DNA from: a virus
Lineage: Duplodnaviria > Caudoviricetes
Virus record (IMG/VR): IMGVR_UViG_3300029216_000006
Coordinates: 1-51,981 of that record
Reading direction: 5' to 3' (one strand)
DNA: 51,981 bases
Position numbers and translations under genes: made by a program. Of this stretch, positions 7,960 to 16,760 are shown piece after piece. The notes below the pieces were generated by a model. That model searched no databases, was not told the DNA's origin, and saw nothing but the letters and a program-made list of their open reading frames with translations. The stretch's first letter is position 1. Each line of letters starts with the position of its first letter.

Positions 7960-8684
7960 TGCCTGATATTGGACTGGAAACAGTGAACGAGAGTACCGGC
8001 GAAGTGAAAGCACCACAGGATTTGGTCATCAAGGCGATGGTCAAAGCTTGGGGCGAGATTGGCTCGGTTGTCAAAGACCGCGAGAACACTTTTCACAAGA
8101 ACAAGTACGCCACCCTGGACGCGATCTTGGCCTACACCAAGCCTATCCTCGCGGCCAACGGGCTCGCCTTGGTCATGCCGCCAACGGTCACACCTGAATA
8201 TATCAAGATCGGTGCCGTGTTGTATCATGAATCAGGGCAGATGCTTGATCTTGATGCGGGTATGCAGATCAAGATCACCAAAAACGACGCGCAGGGCATT
8301 GGCTCGGCGATCACCTATGGAAAGCGGTATCAACTCTCATCCCTGTTTGGCATTGCCACTGAGGATGACGACGACGGCAACCGTGCGTCGGGCAGACAGC
8401 AAGGGAGCCCTAGCAAGCAATCAACGGCTGCGAGAGTCAAACAACAGCAGCCCGAGTCGATCAGAGAGCCAATCGGCCCCGAGCGCGCCGCCAAGTTGCT
8501 CGAAGCGGTGTCGGGTGCCGGGCAGACGCTTGGCGGGCTCCGCGAGTATCTCAAGGGGCTCAAGAACATGGACGCGGCTGAAGTGGATTCAGCCGTAGAG
8601 AACTGGCCCGATCGCTGGTCGCCACAGATTGGCAAGTGGATCAAGCGTGAAGGCGCGAAACAGGAGAAGAATAATGCCGAGTAA
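7956..8684 (+). CDS. ERF-family single-strand annealing protein
   Basis: KYATLD, QGIGSAITYGKRYQL..LFGIATEDDDDGN. Confidence 0.92.
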   Translation: MMPDIGLETVNESTGEVKAPQDLVIKAMVKAWGEIGSVVKDRENTFHKNKYATLDAILAYTKPILAANGLALVMPPTVTPEYIKIGAVLYHESGQMLDLDAGMQIKITKNDAQGIGSAITYGKRYQLSSLFGIATEDDDDGNRASGRQQGSPSKQSTAARVKQQQPESIREPIGPERAAKLLEAVSGAGQTLGGLREYLKGLKNMDAAEVDSAVENWPDRWSPQIGKWIKREGAKQEKNNAE

Positions 8685-8889
8685 GCACCCAAAAATGGAC
8701 GATATCCGTGTCACACGCAAGCGGATGGAACTGCTGATTACCTCTTGCAAGGCCGATTTGGAGCTTGATTTGAGTGACGCGCACAAGATGGCGATCCATA
8801 ATCTCATGGCAGCCGGGGCTGCACTTCAATCAAAGGTTTCTCAAACCGAGTACACTATCCGTGCAGAGAAACTGCAATCCGATTTTTGA
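8674..8889 (+). CDS. Hypothetical protein
   Basis: ATG with GGAG RBS overlapping the ERF end. Confidence 0.55.
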   Translation: MPSKHPKMDDIRVTRKRMELLITSCKADLELDLSDAHKMAIHNLMAAGAALQSKVSQTEYTIRAEKLQSDF

Positions 8890-8901
8890 TCTCTCTCCTT
8901 G

Positions 8902-8936
8902 GCCCCGTCCGTACTGTACTGCGGGCGGGGTTTTTA
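8902..8936 (+). terminator. Rho-independent terminator
   Basis: GCCCCGTCC...GGGCGGGGT hairpin followed by T tract. Confidence 0.65.
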
Positions 8937-8955
8937 TCACACACAGAAAGACATA

Positions 8956-9837
8956 ATGGCACTACTCAACAAGTCGGTCATCAATATCGACGAAATCAGT
9001 ACCAGTACCGAGACACAGATTCGTGTCACGATGAATATCGACCAGATCGAGCATTATGCCGAGCGTATGCAGGAAGGTGATACATTCCCGCCTGTTCTGA
9101 TATTCAAGGTTGGCAACGAGTATATCCTGGCCGACGGATTCCACCGCATCGCCGCCGCCAAGCAACTCGGGCTCAAGAAGATCAGTTGTTCGGTCGAGGG
9201 CGATGGGGACGCGATTGATATCGTCCGGGCAGCGATCCACGGCAACACGATCCACGGCTTGCCGATGACCAAGCAGGACCGCCTCAAAGCGATCAACTTG
9301 TTCGATCGGATTGCCAAAGGCCGGTTTGGAAAGTACGCCACCACCCGCGAGGTCGCCGAGTTGGTTGGATGTTCGCACACCACGGTTGCCAATATCCGCA
9401 AGGACCGTGAGCATATCCCGCAAGGTGATTTTGGAGATTCTGGCTTGGAAAGTTTTGCCAAGAAGAACGCCTCTGACGATCCAGAAACGCAGGAAATCGG
9501 CGATAATGAGCAAATCGAGCGGAGCAATGCAACGGTCGGAAATGGCATTGCGATTGGCCGTGAGTACGCCAAGGCGTGCAAGAATCTCGTCCGTGTGTTT
9601 CGCAAGACGGTGCGGGAGTTTGCCGACGAGCCTTCAGGCGTGATGATTACGGGGCACACAAATGTCCTCAATCGCTTGCTGGATGATATCGGTGCCATTG
9701 TCGCCGGGTGTGAGCCGGTGGACGAGTGCGATTTGTGCAAGGGTGCCGGGTGCCATTCGTGCAAGCAGAGCGGGTTGCTGTTCGCCGAACAAGCAAAGAG
9801 CTTGCAGCGGGATGAAGAAGCGATCGGGGGTGCGTGA
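8956..9837 (+). CDS. ParB/Srx N-terminal domain protein with HTH and C-terminal Cys4 Zn finger
   Basis: FPPV..LADGFHRIAAA, N..HGL, TREVAELVGCSHTTV, CDLCKGAGCHSC. Confidence 0.8.
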   Translation: MALLNKSVINIDEISTSTETQIRVTMNIDQIEHYAERMQEGDTFPPVLIFKVGNEYILADGFHRIAAAKQLGLKKISCSVEGDGDAIDIVRAAIHGNTIHGLPMTKQDRLKAINLFDRIAKGRFGKYATTREVAELVGCSHTTVANIRKDREHIPQGDFGDSGLESFAKKNASDDPETQEIGDNEQIERSNATVGNGIAIGREYAKACKNLVRVFRKTVREFADEPSGVMITGHTNVLNRLLDDIGAIVAGCEPVDECDLCKGAGCHSCKQSGLLFAEQAKSLQRDEEAIGGA

Positions 9838-10106
9838 TGATTCTAGGAAATGAGCCAACGCTTGAGTTTGATGAAAATGGAAATGTGACAAAAGAGTCTT
9901 CGGATGAAAAACTCAAGTACAGTATCAACCTTCTTGTTCAATCCCTTGTCGATCGTATTTTTGATCTTGAAGCGATTGAAAAGAAGTTTCGCAACGCTCT
10001 TACTTTGATTGACATTCACCCAATCGACTACCGGATTGGCGTTGCTGAGAATGTGCAGATCGTTTCGGACATTGCTCACAAGGCGTTGACCGAGCATCCT
10101 GAATGA
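9834..10106 (+). CDS. Hypothetical protein
   Basis: Coupled overlap. Confidence 0.55.
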   Translation: MMILGNEPTLEFDENGNVTKESSDEKLKYSINLLVQSLVDRIFDLEAIEKKFRNALTLIDIHPIDYRIGVAENVQIVSDIAHKALTEHPE

Positions 10107-11743
10107 TCCGTCGCCCCTACCAAATCGAGGCGGGTGATGCTGTCCATAAGGGGTGGAAGAACCATCAAACCGGCTTGGTCGTGTCTCCAACAGGCACGGG
10201 TAAGACAGAGATGTTCATCCATGAGATCAGTATTGCGCGTGAGCAGGGGTTGAAAACCATCATCCTTGTCGATCGCATCAACCTTGTCTCACAGACGGCC
10301 AAGCGGATCAATCGGCGGTTGAATATCTGGCCCGATCTTGAGCAAGCCGATATGTACGCCGTGACCAAAGGGCCGAATGCCGCCGATGTAGTCATTGCTA
10401 CGATCCAGTCGTTGCGCTCTGGCAAGGATCGCAAGCGGTATGAGCGGTTCAATCCGATGCACTTTGATCGGATGCTGATCGACGAGGCTCATCTCACGAT
10501 CACGCCTTCGACCATCGAGACCGTGCGGTACTTCCTTGACGGCAACCCCAAGATGCGGATGTGTGGGTACACCGCGACTCCCAAGCGTGCTGACGGGCTT
10601 TCGCTCGGCCAGTTGTACAAGGAATGCTTCTACCGCTACGATATCCGCGCGGCGATCAAGGATGGCTGGCTGGTGCCCATTATGGGTATGGTTTCGGTTG
10701 TAAAAAGTTTTGAGTTGAAACCAATCAAGGGCGGCAGGGATTGGACAGCGAACGAGATCGCTGAAAAAGCAGAAAAAGAGGGTCCACTTCTGGAGATGGT
10801 TGGCACCCTTCTTAGGCATTGCGAGAATAAACGAACACTCGTATTTTGTGCAAGAGTTTCGCACGCCGAACTTGTGGCCGCCAACTTGAACAACAAACGG
10901 CCTATGTGCGCAAGGGTGATTCACGGTGGCACGCCCGAGCCTGAGCGAAAACAGATCCTTGCGGCCTATGAGAATGATGAGTTTCAATACCTATGCAACT
11001 GTGCCGTGCTGACTACCGGGTTCGATTCGCCCGGTATTCAGGTAGTAGCCATGTGCCGGCCAACGAAGTCGTGGAGTCTTTTCACACAATGTGTCGGTCG
11101 AGGCTTGCGACCACTAACGGGAATTGTGGATGGATTGGACAGCCCTGAGGATCGTGTCAATGCGATCACTACTTCTTCCAAGCCGTATGTCGAGGTCATC
11201 TCGTTTGTGGGTCGCAACGGTGCCATGAACCTTATTGGCCCCCAGCATGTGCTTGCGGGCGATATGGCCCCGCCCGAGGTTGGCGAGATTGCTAATGAGT
11301 TAGATGACGGCGAGGGGGAGTTGACCGATACCAGTGAGTTGCTTGAGAAGGCCGAGGAAGAATACGAGGAACGGTTGCGGTACGAGCGTGAGAACGCCCC
11401 GGTGGAGATCAAGGTTGAGTACGGGATGCAGCGCACCGATCTGTTCAACAAGCGCGAGTTTCAGATCGCTACGGAGTCGAGGGTGGATATCCCGAGCGAG
11501 TGCCAGTGTGCGTACCTGGTTGCCGCCGGATTCAAGAAGGAAAAGGTTGAACTGTGGGATGGCGAGATGGCGCGGCGGGCAACAAGGCTGGTGCAGGATC
11601 GGCACGCGGACGGGCTTTGCACGGTCAAGCAAGCGTTGTGGCTCAACAGGCAAGGGTACTCAAAGGTCGAGTTGCGGGTGATGAGCAAGAAGAAGGCTTC
11701 AAGCATCATGTCTCGTCGATTCGGCGGCTATTCAAGAAAGTGA
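10103..11743 (+). CDS. Superfamily 2 (DEAH) helicase, Res/Irc3-like
   Basis: RPYQ, PTGTGKT, DEAH, TATP, LTTGFD.P, QCVGRGLR. Confidence 0.93.
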   Translation: MIRRPYQIEAGDAVHKGWKNHQTGLVVSPTGTGKTEMFIHEISIAREQGLKTIILVDRINLVSQTAKRINRRLNIWPDLEQADMYAVTKGPNAADVVIATIQSLRSGKDRKRYERFNPMHFDRMLIDEAHLTITPSTIETVRYFLDGNPKMRMCGYTATPKRADGLSLGQLYKECFYRYDIRAAIKDGWLVPIMGMVSVVKSFELKPIKGGRDWTANEIAEKAEKEGPLLEMVGTLLRHCENKRTLVFCARVSHAELVAANLNNKRPMCARVIHGGTPEPERKQILAAYENDEFQYLCNCAVLTTGFDSPGIQVVAMCRPTKSWSLFTQCVGRGLRPLTGIVDGLDSPEDRVNAITTSSKPYVEVISFVGRNGAMNLIGPQHVLAGDMAPPEVGEIANELDDGEGELTDTSELLEKAEEEYEERLRYERENAPVEIKVEYGMQRTDLFNKREFQIATESRVDIPSECQCAYLVAAGFKKEKVELWDGEMARRATRLVQDRHADGLCTVKQALWLNRQGYSKVELRVMSKKKASSIMSRRFGGYSRK

Positions 11744-11753
11744 GGAAGAAAAA

Positions 11754-11954
11754 GTGGTAGTAAGTGGACAAGTCGTGTATGTGCGGGTACGATGGAAGGC
11801 GGACGACAGGTACGGGGGTTCCGTGTTCGGCGATACGGTTCAGGTCGAGCCGGTCAATGACAAGGGCGAATCGGACGGCTCAACCGTTTGGGTCGATCCA
11901 AAGTCGGTGATGACCAGTGGCGAGATCGTCCGCAAGATAAGGGGTGAACGATGA
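11754..11954 (+). CDS. Hypothetical protein
   Basis: GTG start with AGGA RBS. Confidence 0.5.
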   Translation: MVVSGQVVYVRVRWKADDRYGGSVFGDTVQVEPVNDKGESDGSTVWVDPKSVMTSGEIVRKIRGER

Positions 11955-12208
11955 CGGGCCTTTGTAAACCCAAAGACCGATTATTGTACGAGAAGTGGCA
12001 CACCTACGGGTGGAAGAAGTACCATCAGGGCGTGGGGCGTATCGCTGTGCCTCGGGATCAAAAAGAACAATGGTTCAACGAGGGTTGGCAAGCAGCAAAG
12101 GACAAGCATGATTTTCAGAAGGAAAAAGAAACAGGTCATCCAAGAGGTCGTCAAGCAGGAGGCCCCAGTGTTCTTGGATCTCGCCTCGAACCTAGAACTT
12201 ATGAATGA
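11951..12208 (+). CDS. Hypothetical protein
   Basis: ATGA coupling; overlaps the next ORF by 100 nt. Confidence 0.45.
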   Translation: MTGLCKPKDRLLYEKWHTYGWKKYHQGVGRIAVPRDQKEQWFNEGWQAAKDKHDFQKEKETGHPRGRQAGGPSVLGSRLEPRTYE

Positions 12209-12380
12209 GATGCAAGTCAGGTATAGCAGTTTCCTGCTCATCCGATTTGATGGGAAAACAACCCGAGTCACCGGCGGATTCAAGGTGTCATCCGGTGCGG
12301 AGTTCGAGTTGATTGCAAACAGTGCGTTATCTGCCATTGATGAGATTGCCAAAGACCTTGGGATTGGAGAATCAGAATGA
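12108..12380 (+). CDS. Hypothetical protein
   Basis: AAGGA RBS; coupled to RusA. Confidence 0.55.
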   Translation: MIFRRKKKQVIQEVVKQEAPVFLDLASNLELMNEMQVRYSSFLLIRFDGKTTRVTGGFKVSSGAEFELIANSALSAIDEIAKDLGIGESE

Positions 12381-12751
12381 CCACCACAGCACGCATCGAG
12401 ATCACGCTCCCTTGGCCCCCGTCAGTCAATGGGTACTTTGTTCCCGTCAATGGCCGCCTGATCCTTAGTAAAAAAGGGCGAGACTACAAGAAGGCGGTTG
12501 GGATGGTCGTCATCGCCGATGGAAACCCGTCGATCATTGGAAACATCGTTGTGACCGAACACTTCTTTCCACCAAGCAAACAGAAGCGGGATATTGACAA
12601 CCACCGCAAGGCGTACAGGGACGGTCTAAAAGAGGCGGGTGTTATTCAAGATGACTCATTCATCAAAGAAGACCACGGGTATTGGTGCGAGGTTGACCGA
12701 AAGAACCCGCGTGTGGAGTTGGTTATTGAGCGTATCGGTTCCACCCTATGA
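12377..12751 (+). CDS. rusA: RusA-family Holliday junction resolvase
   Basis: LPWPPSVN, RDIDN..K...D.L..AGVI.DD. Confidence 0.9.
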   Translation: MTTTARIEITLPWPPSVNGYFVPVNGRLILSKKGRDYKKAVGMVVIADGNPSIIGNIVVTEHFFPPSKQKRDIDNHRKAYRDGLKEAGVIQDDSFIKEDHGYWCEVDRKNPRVELVIERIGSTL

Positions 12752-13944
12752 CCATCACCTACGCCAGCGTGTGCGACGGGATCGGGGCAGCCCATGTGGC
12801 GTGGCAACCGCTCGGGATGCGGTGTGCGTGGACCTCGGAGATTGAGCGTTTCCCGATCGAAACCGTTGAACAGCGATGGGGATTCACCAACCTTGGCGAC
12901 ATGACCAAAATCAACACGGGAGAGGCAATCAATGAGCACGGACGAATCAACCTCCTTGTGGGGGGCACCCCCTGCCAATCTTTCTCCGTCGCTGGACTCC
13001 GCAAAGGATTGGATGACCCGCGTGGCAACCTCGCCCTTGTCTTTCTTCGACTTCTTGACGATCTCCGCCCCGAGTGGGTGGTGTGGGAGAATGTCCCCGG
13101 TGTCTTGTCGTCGAGCGAAGGACGGGATTTTGGTTCCTTCCTCGGAGGGTTGGAGGAACTCGGGTATGGGTGGGCCTACCGAGTTCTTGACGCTCAATAT
13201 GTCCGAGTGGAATCACACCCTTACGCCGTTCCCCAGCGAAGAAGGCGTGTGTTCGTTGTCGGATATCTTGGAGATTGGCGCCGTGCCGCAGCGGTATTAT
13301 TTGAGCGAGAGGGCATGTTCGGGCATCCTCCGCCGAGCCGCCAATCGAGGAAAACCATTGCCGCCGATGTTGCTCCGTGCCTTGTCAGCAGTGGCCGGGG
13401 GGTCGAAAGATCGGGAGATACCAGAGGCCAAGATCCGGTAGTCGCAGTCGTCGCCCGCTCGCTGACTGCGCGGATGGACGGATCGCCCTGCGTTGATCGT
13501 GGTCCTGAAATGATCGTCCAACCATTCCCGGTCGCCAACTGCATGACCAGGCGGATGCACAAGGGGATCAACTCGACGGTGGACGAGGGCCAAACGCCGG
13601 TTATTGGCATCCGCAAATCCAAGCGTGCCCAGGTCGTCGATGGTGATGAATCATGGGTAGACGATGGGGTATCCAACACGCTCAACGGGTTCGATGTCGG
13701 CGATGTTCGATCAACGAGTCTGGCCGTTGATATGAGTGCCCGACGGCTCACACCGCGTGAATGCGAGCGGTTGCAGGGCTTCCCTGATGACTACACACTG
13801 ATCCAATACCGGGGCAAGCCCGCGACGGACAGCCCGAGGTACAAAGGGCTCGGCAACACAATGTCCGTGAATGTGATGAGTTATATCGGCCAACGCATCA
13901 TCCTCGCCAACTCGATCAACACCCAACGAAAGGAAACACAATGA
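12748..13944 (+). CDS. DNA (cytosine-5)-methyltransferase
   Basis: SVCDGIG, GGTPCQSFS, WENVPG, PQRRRRVF, RRLTPRECERLQGFPD, RYKGLGN. Confidence 0.95.
   Translation: MTITYASVCDGIGAAHVAWQPLGMRCAWTSEIERFPIETVEQRWGFTNLGDMTKINTGEAINEHGRINLLVGGTPCQSFSVAGLRKGLDDPRGNLALVFLRLLDDLRPEWVVWENVPGVLSSSEGRDFGSFLGGLEELGYGWAYRVLDAQYVRVESHPYAVPQRRRRVFVVGYLGDWRRAAAVLFEREGMFGHPPPSRQSRKTIAADVAPCLVSSGRGVERSGDTRGQDPVVAVVARSLTARMDGSPCVDRGPEMIVQPFPVANCMTRRMHKGINSTVDEGQTPVIGIRKSKRAQVVDGDESWVDDGVSNTLNGFDVGDVRSTSLAVDMSARRLTPRECERLQGFPDDYTLIQYRGKPATDSPRYKGLGNTMSVNVMSYIGQRIILANSINTQRKETQ
12932..13441 (+). CDS. Nested alternative-frame ORF in the MTase (EcoHK31I beta-subunit-like)
   Basis: 169 open codons in the +1 frame with CSLSDILE..VPQRYYLSERACSGILRRA..RGK.LP. 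Confidence 0.6.
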   Translation: MSTDESTSLWGAPPANLSPSLDSAKDWMTRVATSPLSFFDFLTISAPSGWCGRMSPVSCRRAKDGILVPSSEGWRNSGMGGPTEFLTLNMSEWNHTLTPFPSEEGVCSLSDILEIGAVPQRYYLSERACSGILRRAANRGKPLPPMLLRALSAVAGGSKDREIPEAKIR

Positions 13945-14156
13945 ACAAGTACGCAAAGCGATCACTCATTTTTCTCACCACTATGGTCATCTTCTATATA
14001 TCCCAAAACACATACTTCGGATGGAACACGCATCCAGAATCGCGGTACGAAAGCGTCGCCAATGTCATCGTCTTTATCCTCGTGATACTCACAATCCGCG
14101 ACCAAATCATTGCAACGGTGCTTGAAATACTCAAAGAAGAGAAGGGTGGTGCGTGA
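13941..14156 (+). CDS. Small two-TM membrane protein
   Basis: Two hydrophobic segments; AAGGA RBS. Confidence 0.65.
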   Translation: MNKYAKRSLIFLTTMVIFYISQNTYFGWNTHPESRYESVANVIVFILVILTIRDQIIATVLEILKEEKGGA

Positions 14157-14434
14157 TGGTTGATATGTTCTCAACGGCTCCCAAGTGTCCGGTATGTTCC
14201 AAGGTGGTTCAAGGCAGCGAGATAACTTGTTCGATAATCTGCGAGCAAGTTGTCCATGACCAACTCGCCGCGAGCCGGGCGGAGTGTGAGAGGTACCGAG
14301 TGGCATTGGTAAAGATCACAACTGAGACAGATACAAGATGGAAAACCCTAGTGCTCACACCAACACCCGAAGCGATGAGTCGGATAGCCCTCCAAGCCCT
14401 CGCCCAACCCAAAGGAGATGAAGATGGAAAGTGA
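14153..14434 (+). CDS. Hypothetical protein with CxxC...CxxxC motif
   Basis: CPVC..CSIIC; coupled overlap. Confidence 0.55.
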   Translation: MMVDMFSTAPKCPVCSKVVQGSEITCSIICEQVVHDQLAASRAECERYRVALVKITTETDTRWKTLVLTPTPEAMSRIALQALAQPKGDEDGK

Positions 14435-14789
14435 AACACTGACTGAGATAGAGATGCGGCTCTCTAATGTAGAAGCAACCGCAAAGTTGATATGTGATCT
14501 AAATGAGACTCTCCGCACCGAGAACGCCGAGTTGCGGGCGGTGGTGGAGAAGTTGCCCAAGACGGGGGACGGTGTGGCTATCACGCCGGGCCAATACCTT
14601 GTCCATTCCAGAGATGGAGAAATAACCGCAGTAGTGGTTGAGGCTATTCTGGATGGGTCTGTAAACTTCGAGTACATTGATGATGGGTCTGGAATTGGTG
14701 TGTATTTCCAGATTCATGGGTCTGTTTGTGAGTCCATCTACTCAACTCGCGAAGCCGCCGTCGCCGCCAAGCCCTCGATCAACCTATAG
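14418..14789 (+). CDS. Hypothetical coiled-coil protein
   Basis: AAGGAG RBS; shares a LRTxNAELxxVVEK block with the next gene. Confidence 0.6.
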   Translation: MKMESETLTEIEMRLSNVEATAKLICDLNETLRTENAELRAVVEKLPKTGDGVAITPGQYLVHSRDGEITAVVVEAILDGSVNFEYIDDGSGIGVYFQIHGSVCESIYSTREAAVAAKPSINL

Positions 14790-14798
14790 GAGACGAAG

Positions 14799-15245
14799 AT
14801 GAATCTTGACCAACAACTGCTGTTTTCAGCCAATCCATTGTGCGGCATGGCACGCTCTGAAATCCAATCTCTCCGCACCGCACTTGCCGAGAGCAAAGAT
14901 GCTTTACGAACAGCAGAAGCAACACTTGAAACCGACCTTGAATGTGTAAGATTACAACTGTCTGATCTCCGCACCAAGAACGCCGAGTTGAAGTCGGTGG
15001 TGGAGAAGATACTAGATCGTGCCGTGTATGCAAATGCCACACAAGAGATCCGTGAAGACATCATGCTATTCGAGGACATGTGTGAGATCGAGCATGAATG
15101 CAAAGCCGCCCTCGCCGCCAAGCAGGACCAACCGAGCGAGGTTGCGTGCGACTGCGGAGCAATCTACAAAACAGTGATCCATGACGGTATGTATCTATGC
15201 GACAAATGTGCCGAGCAGGAAGGATCAGCAAATGAACTCAAGTGA
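14799..15245 (+). CDS. Hypothetical coiled-coil protein with C-terminal Zn ribbon
   Basis: AGGAG RBS; CDCG..LCDKC. Confidence 0.6.
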   Translation: MNLDQQLLFSANPLCGMARSEIQSLRTALAESKDALRTAEATLETDLECVRLQLSDLRTKNAELKSVVEKILDRAVYANATQEIREDIMLFEDMCEIEHECKAALAAKQDQPSEVACDCGAIYKTVIHDGMYLCDKCAEQEGSANELK

Positions 15246-15591
15246 ATCAACCGGCGACCGCTATTTAGACAAACGGCCTCCTGCTTCATTAGCCTCAACC
15301 GCTAATAAGAAAACGCAAACTAAACCAACCGCAGAGGTGATTGCAGAGTGGAAGAAACGGAGGGATGGATGCTCGTTCAAAGACCCTCGCAAAGACACGG
15401 ACACGGCGATGGCGTTGTTGCGCGAACTTATGTGGGATAACGACCTGATAATGACAGCCGATTCCGAATCCGTATTCCATATCCACACGGCAAGAGGGGA
15501 GCATGTTTGTATGCTCGAAGCATCAGGACCCGCTTTCTGCTACGCCGTCATCAACCTCGCAATCGAACTCATGGAGATCAAAGATGAATGA
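15232..15591 (+). CDS. Hypothetical protein, paralogue of 16184..16534
   Basis: Shared DPRxxTDxAxxLLR and FxYAVxxLAIExMEIK. Confidence 0.6.
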   Translation: MNSSESTGDRYLDKRPPASLASTANKKTQTKPTAEVIAEWKKRRDGCSFKDPRKDTDTAMALLRELMWDNDLIMTADSESVFHIHTARGEHVCMLEASGPAFCYAVINLAIELMEIKDE

Positions 15592-15763
15592 CCAAGAAAC
15601 AATCAGAGGACTACCGACCATTATTTGCCCCCATTGCGGATCTTACAATGTGAGTAAACGCTGGAACCTCTCCCGAATAGGTAAATTCCTTAGAAAAGAT
15701 AGGTGGGATTGTCATTTGTGTATGAGATGGTTCAATAAACAGAAGGAGATCAAAGATGACTGA
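15584..15763 (+). CDS. Small Zn-ribbon protein
   Basis: CPHCGS...CHLC; GGAG RBS. Confidence 0.6.
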   Translation: MNDQETIRGLPTIICPHCGSYNVSKRWNLSRIGKFLRKDRWDCHLCMRWFNKQKEIKDD

Positions 15764-16187
15764 CCATGAGCAAGCAACCATCGACCGCCTCACCACCGAA
15801 CTCGCCGCGACTCGAAATACAAACGCGAGGTTGAACCGTCGCTGCCAAAAAGCGGAAGCAGCGGCAAGGTCAGCCGTTGAGATGGTTGAAAAAGCGGAGG
15901 ACGACGGCGAGATCCGAATCGCAGGCGGAAGCCTTGGCCGTGCAATACTCGCGTGGAGTGCCTCGGATGCTCGAAAGAATCTCGCCGCGTTCAAGGACGC
16001 ATTGACCGCATCTGGAGAAACGAAGCGGGAGTACATGGGCGAGTTTTCGTTTGGGTTCCCCGAGTTTGGCGAGGACGGAGAAGAATACACCCGAAACATA
16101 AATGTCCCGTGGACCACGATCAAAGAAATCATGGCCGCCATAAAAAACAGAGCCCGCACCACCCAGCAGCAAGGTAGCAACCAATGA
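15756..16187 (+). CDS. Conserved phage hypothetical protein
   Basis: LNRRCQKAE and ETKREYMGEF..VPWTTIKEIM blocks. Confidence 0.7.
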   Translation: MTDHEQATIDRLTTELAATRNTNARLNRRCQKAEAAARSAVEMVEKAEDDGEIRIAGGSLGRAILAWSASDARKNLAAFKDALTASGETKREYMGEFSFGFPEFGEDGEEYTRNINVPWTTIKEIMAAIKNRARTTQQQGSNQ

Positions 16188-16534
16188 CCCCAACTAGACC
16201 AAACGACTCGGCGACTGCGAAGATGATTTCAAAGAAAGAGGGCTGGCAGGAGGTCTACTGCCTCGGCAAAGGGTCTGGGTTTAGTCCATACCCCGAACAT
16301 GTAAGAGGCGGGAGGGTACCCGACCCCCGCGACTGCACGGACGCAGCGTTGGAGTTGCTGCGGTGGGCTGGCACCAACTATATCCAGGGGTTCAGTATAA
16401 ACGGGCAGATGGATGGGCGGTGGTTCCTCGATGCGTGCGATGAAGATTACCAACGCTTCCTTCCGTGCAGCGGCCAACCTTTCCGCTACGCCGTCGTCAG
16501 CCTCGCAATCGAAGTAATGGAGATCAAAGAATGA
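16184..16534 (+). CDS. Hypothetical protein, paralogue of 15232..15591
   Basis: Shared motifs as above. Confidence 0.6.
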   Translation: MTPTRPNDSATAKMISKKEGWQEVYCLGKGSGFSPYPEHVRGGRVPDPRDCTDAALELLRWAGTNYIQGFSINGQMDGRWFLDACDEDYQRFLPCSGQPFRYAVVSLAIEVMEIKE

Positions 16535-16556
16535 CTGACCAAGAAAGGAATCACAA

Positions 16557-16721
16557 ATGAAGAAGATTGAAGTTGCAGAAGGTCAAAAGACGCTCCACCT
16601 CGACGGTGCCACATTGCCAGAAGGTATGGTGTTGCCTGCGTCGTTGGAATGGATCTCCCTTGGTGGCGGCACATTGCCCGAAGGTACGGTGTTGCCCGTG
16701 TCGTGTACGGTTTACAGATAG
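16557..16721 (+). CDS. 54-aa protein with two LRR-like 20-aa repeats
   Basis: Hand translation MKKIEVAEGQKTLHLDGATLPEGMVLPASLEWISLGGGTLPEGTVLPVSCTVYR; AAGGA RBS. Confidence 0.55.
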   Translation: MKKIEVAEGQKTLHLDGATLPEGMVLPASLEWISLGGGTLPEGTVLPVSCTVYR

Positions 16722-16760
16722 TCACCCTTACACCTCGCCCAACTCAAAGGGAATCAAAGA

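Noticed and set aside
15540-16547. Diversity-generating retroelement TR/VR pair
   Set aside because: Mismatches are not confined to adenines and no reverse transcriptase is visible; better explained as paralogous gene ends.
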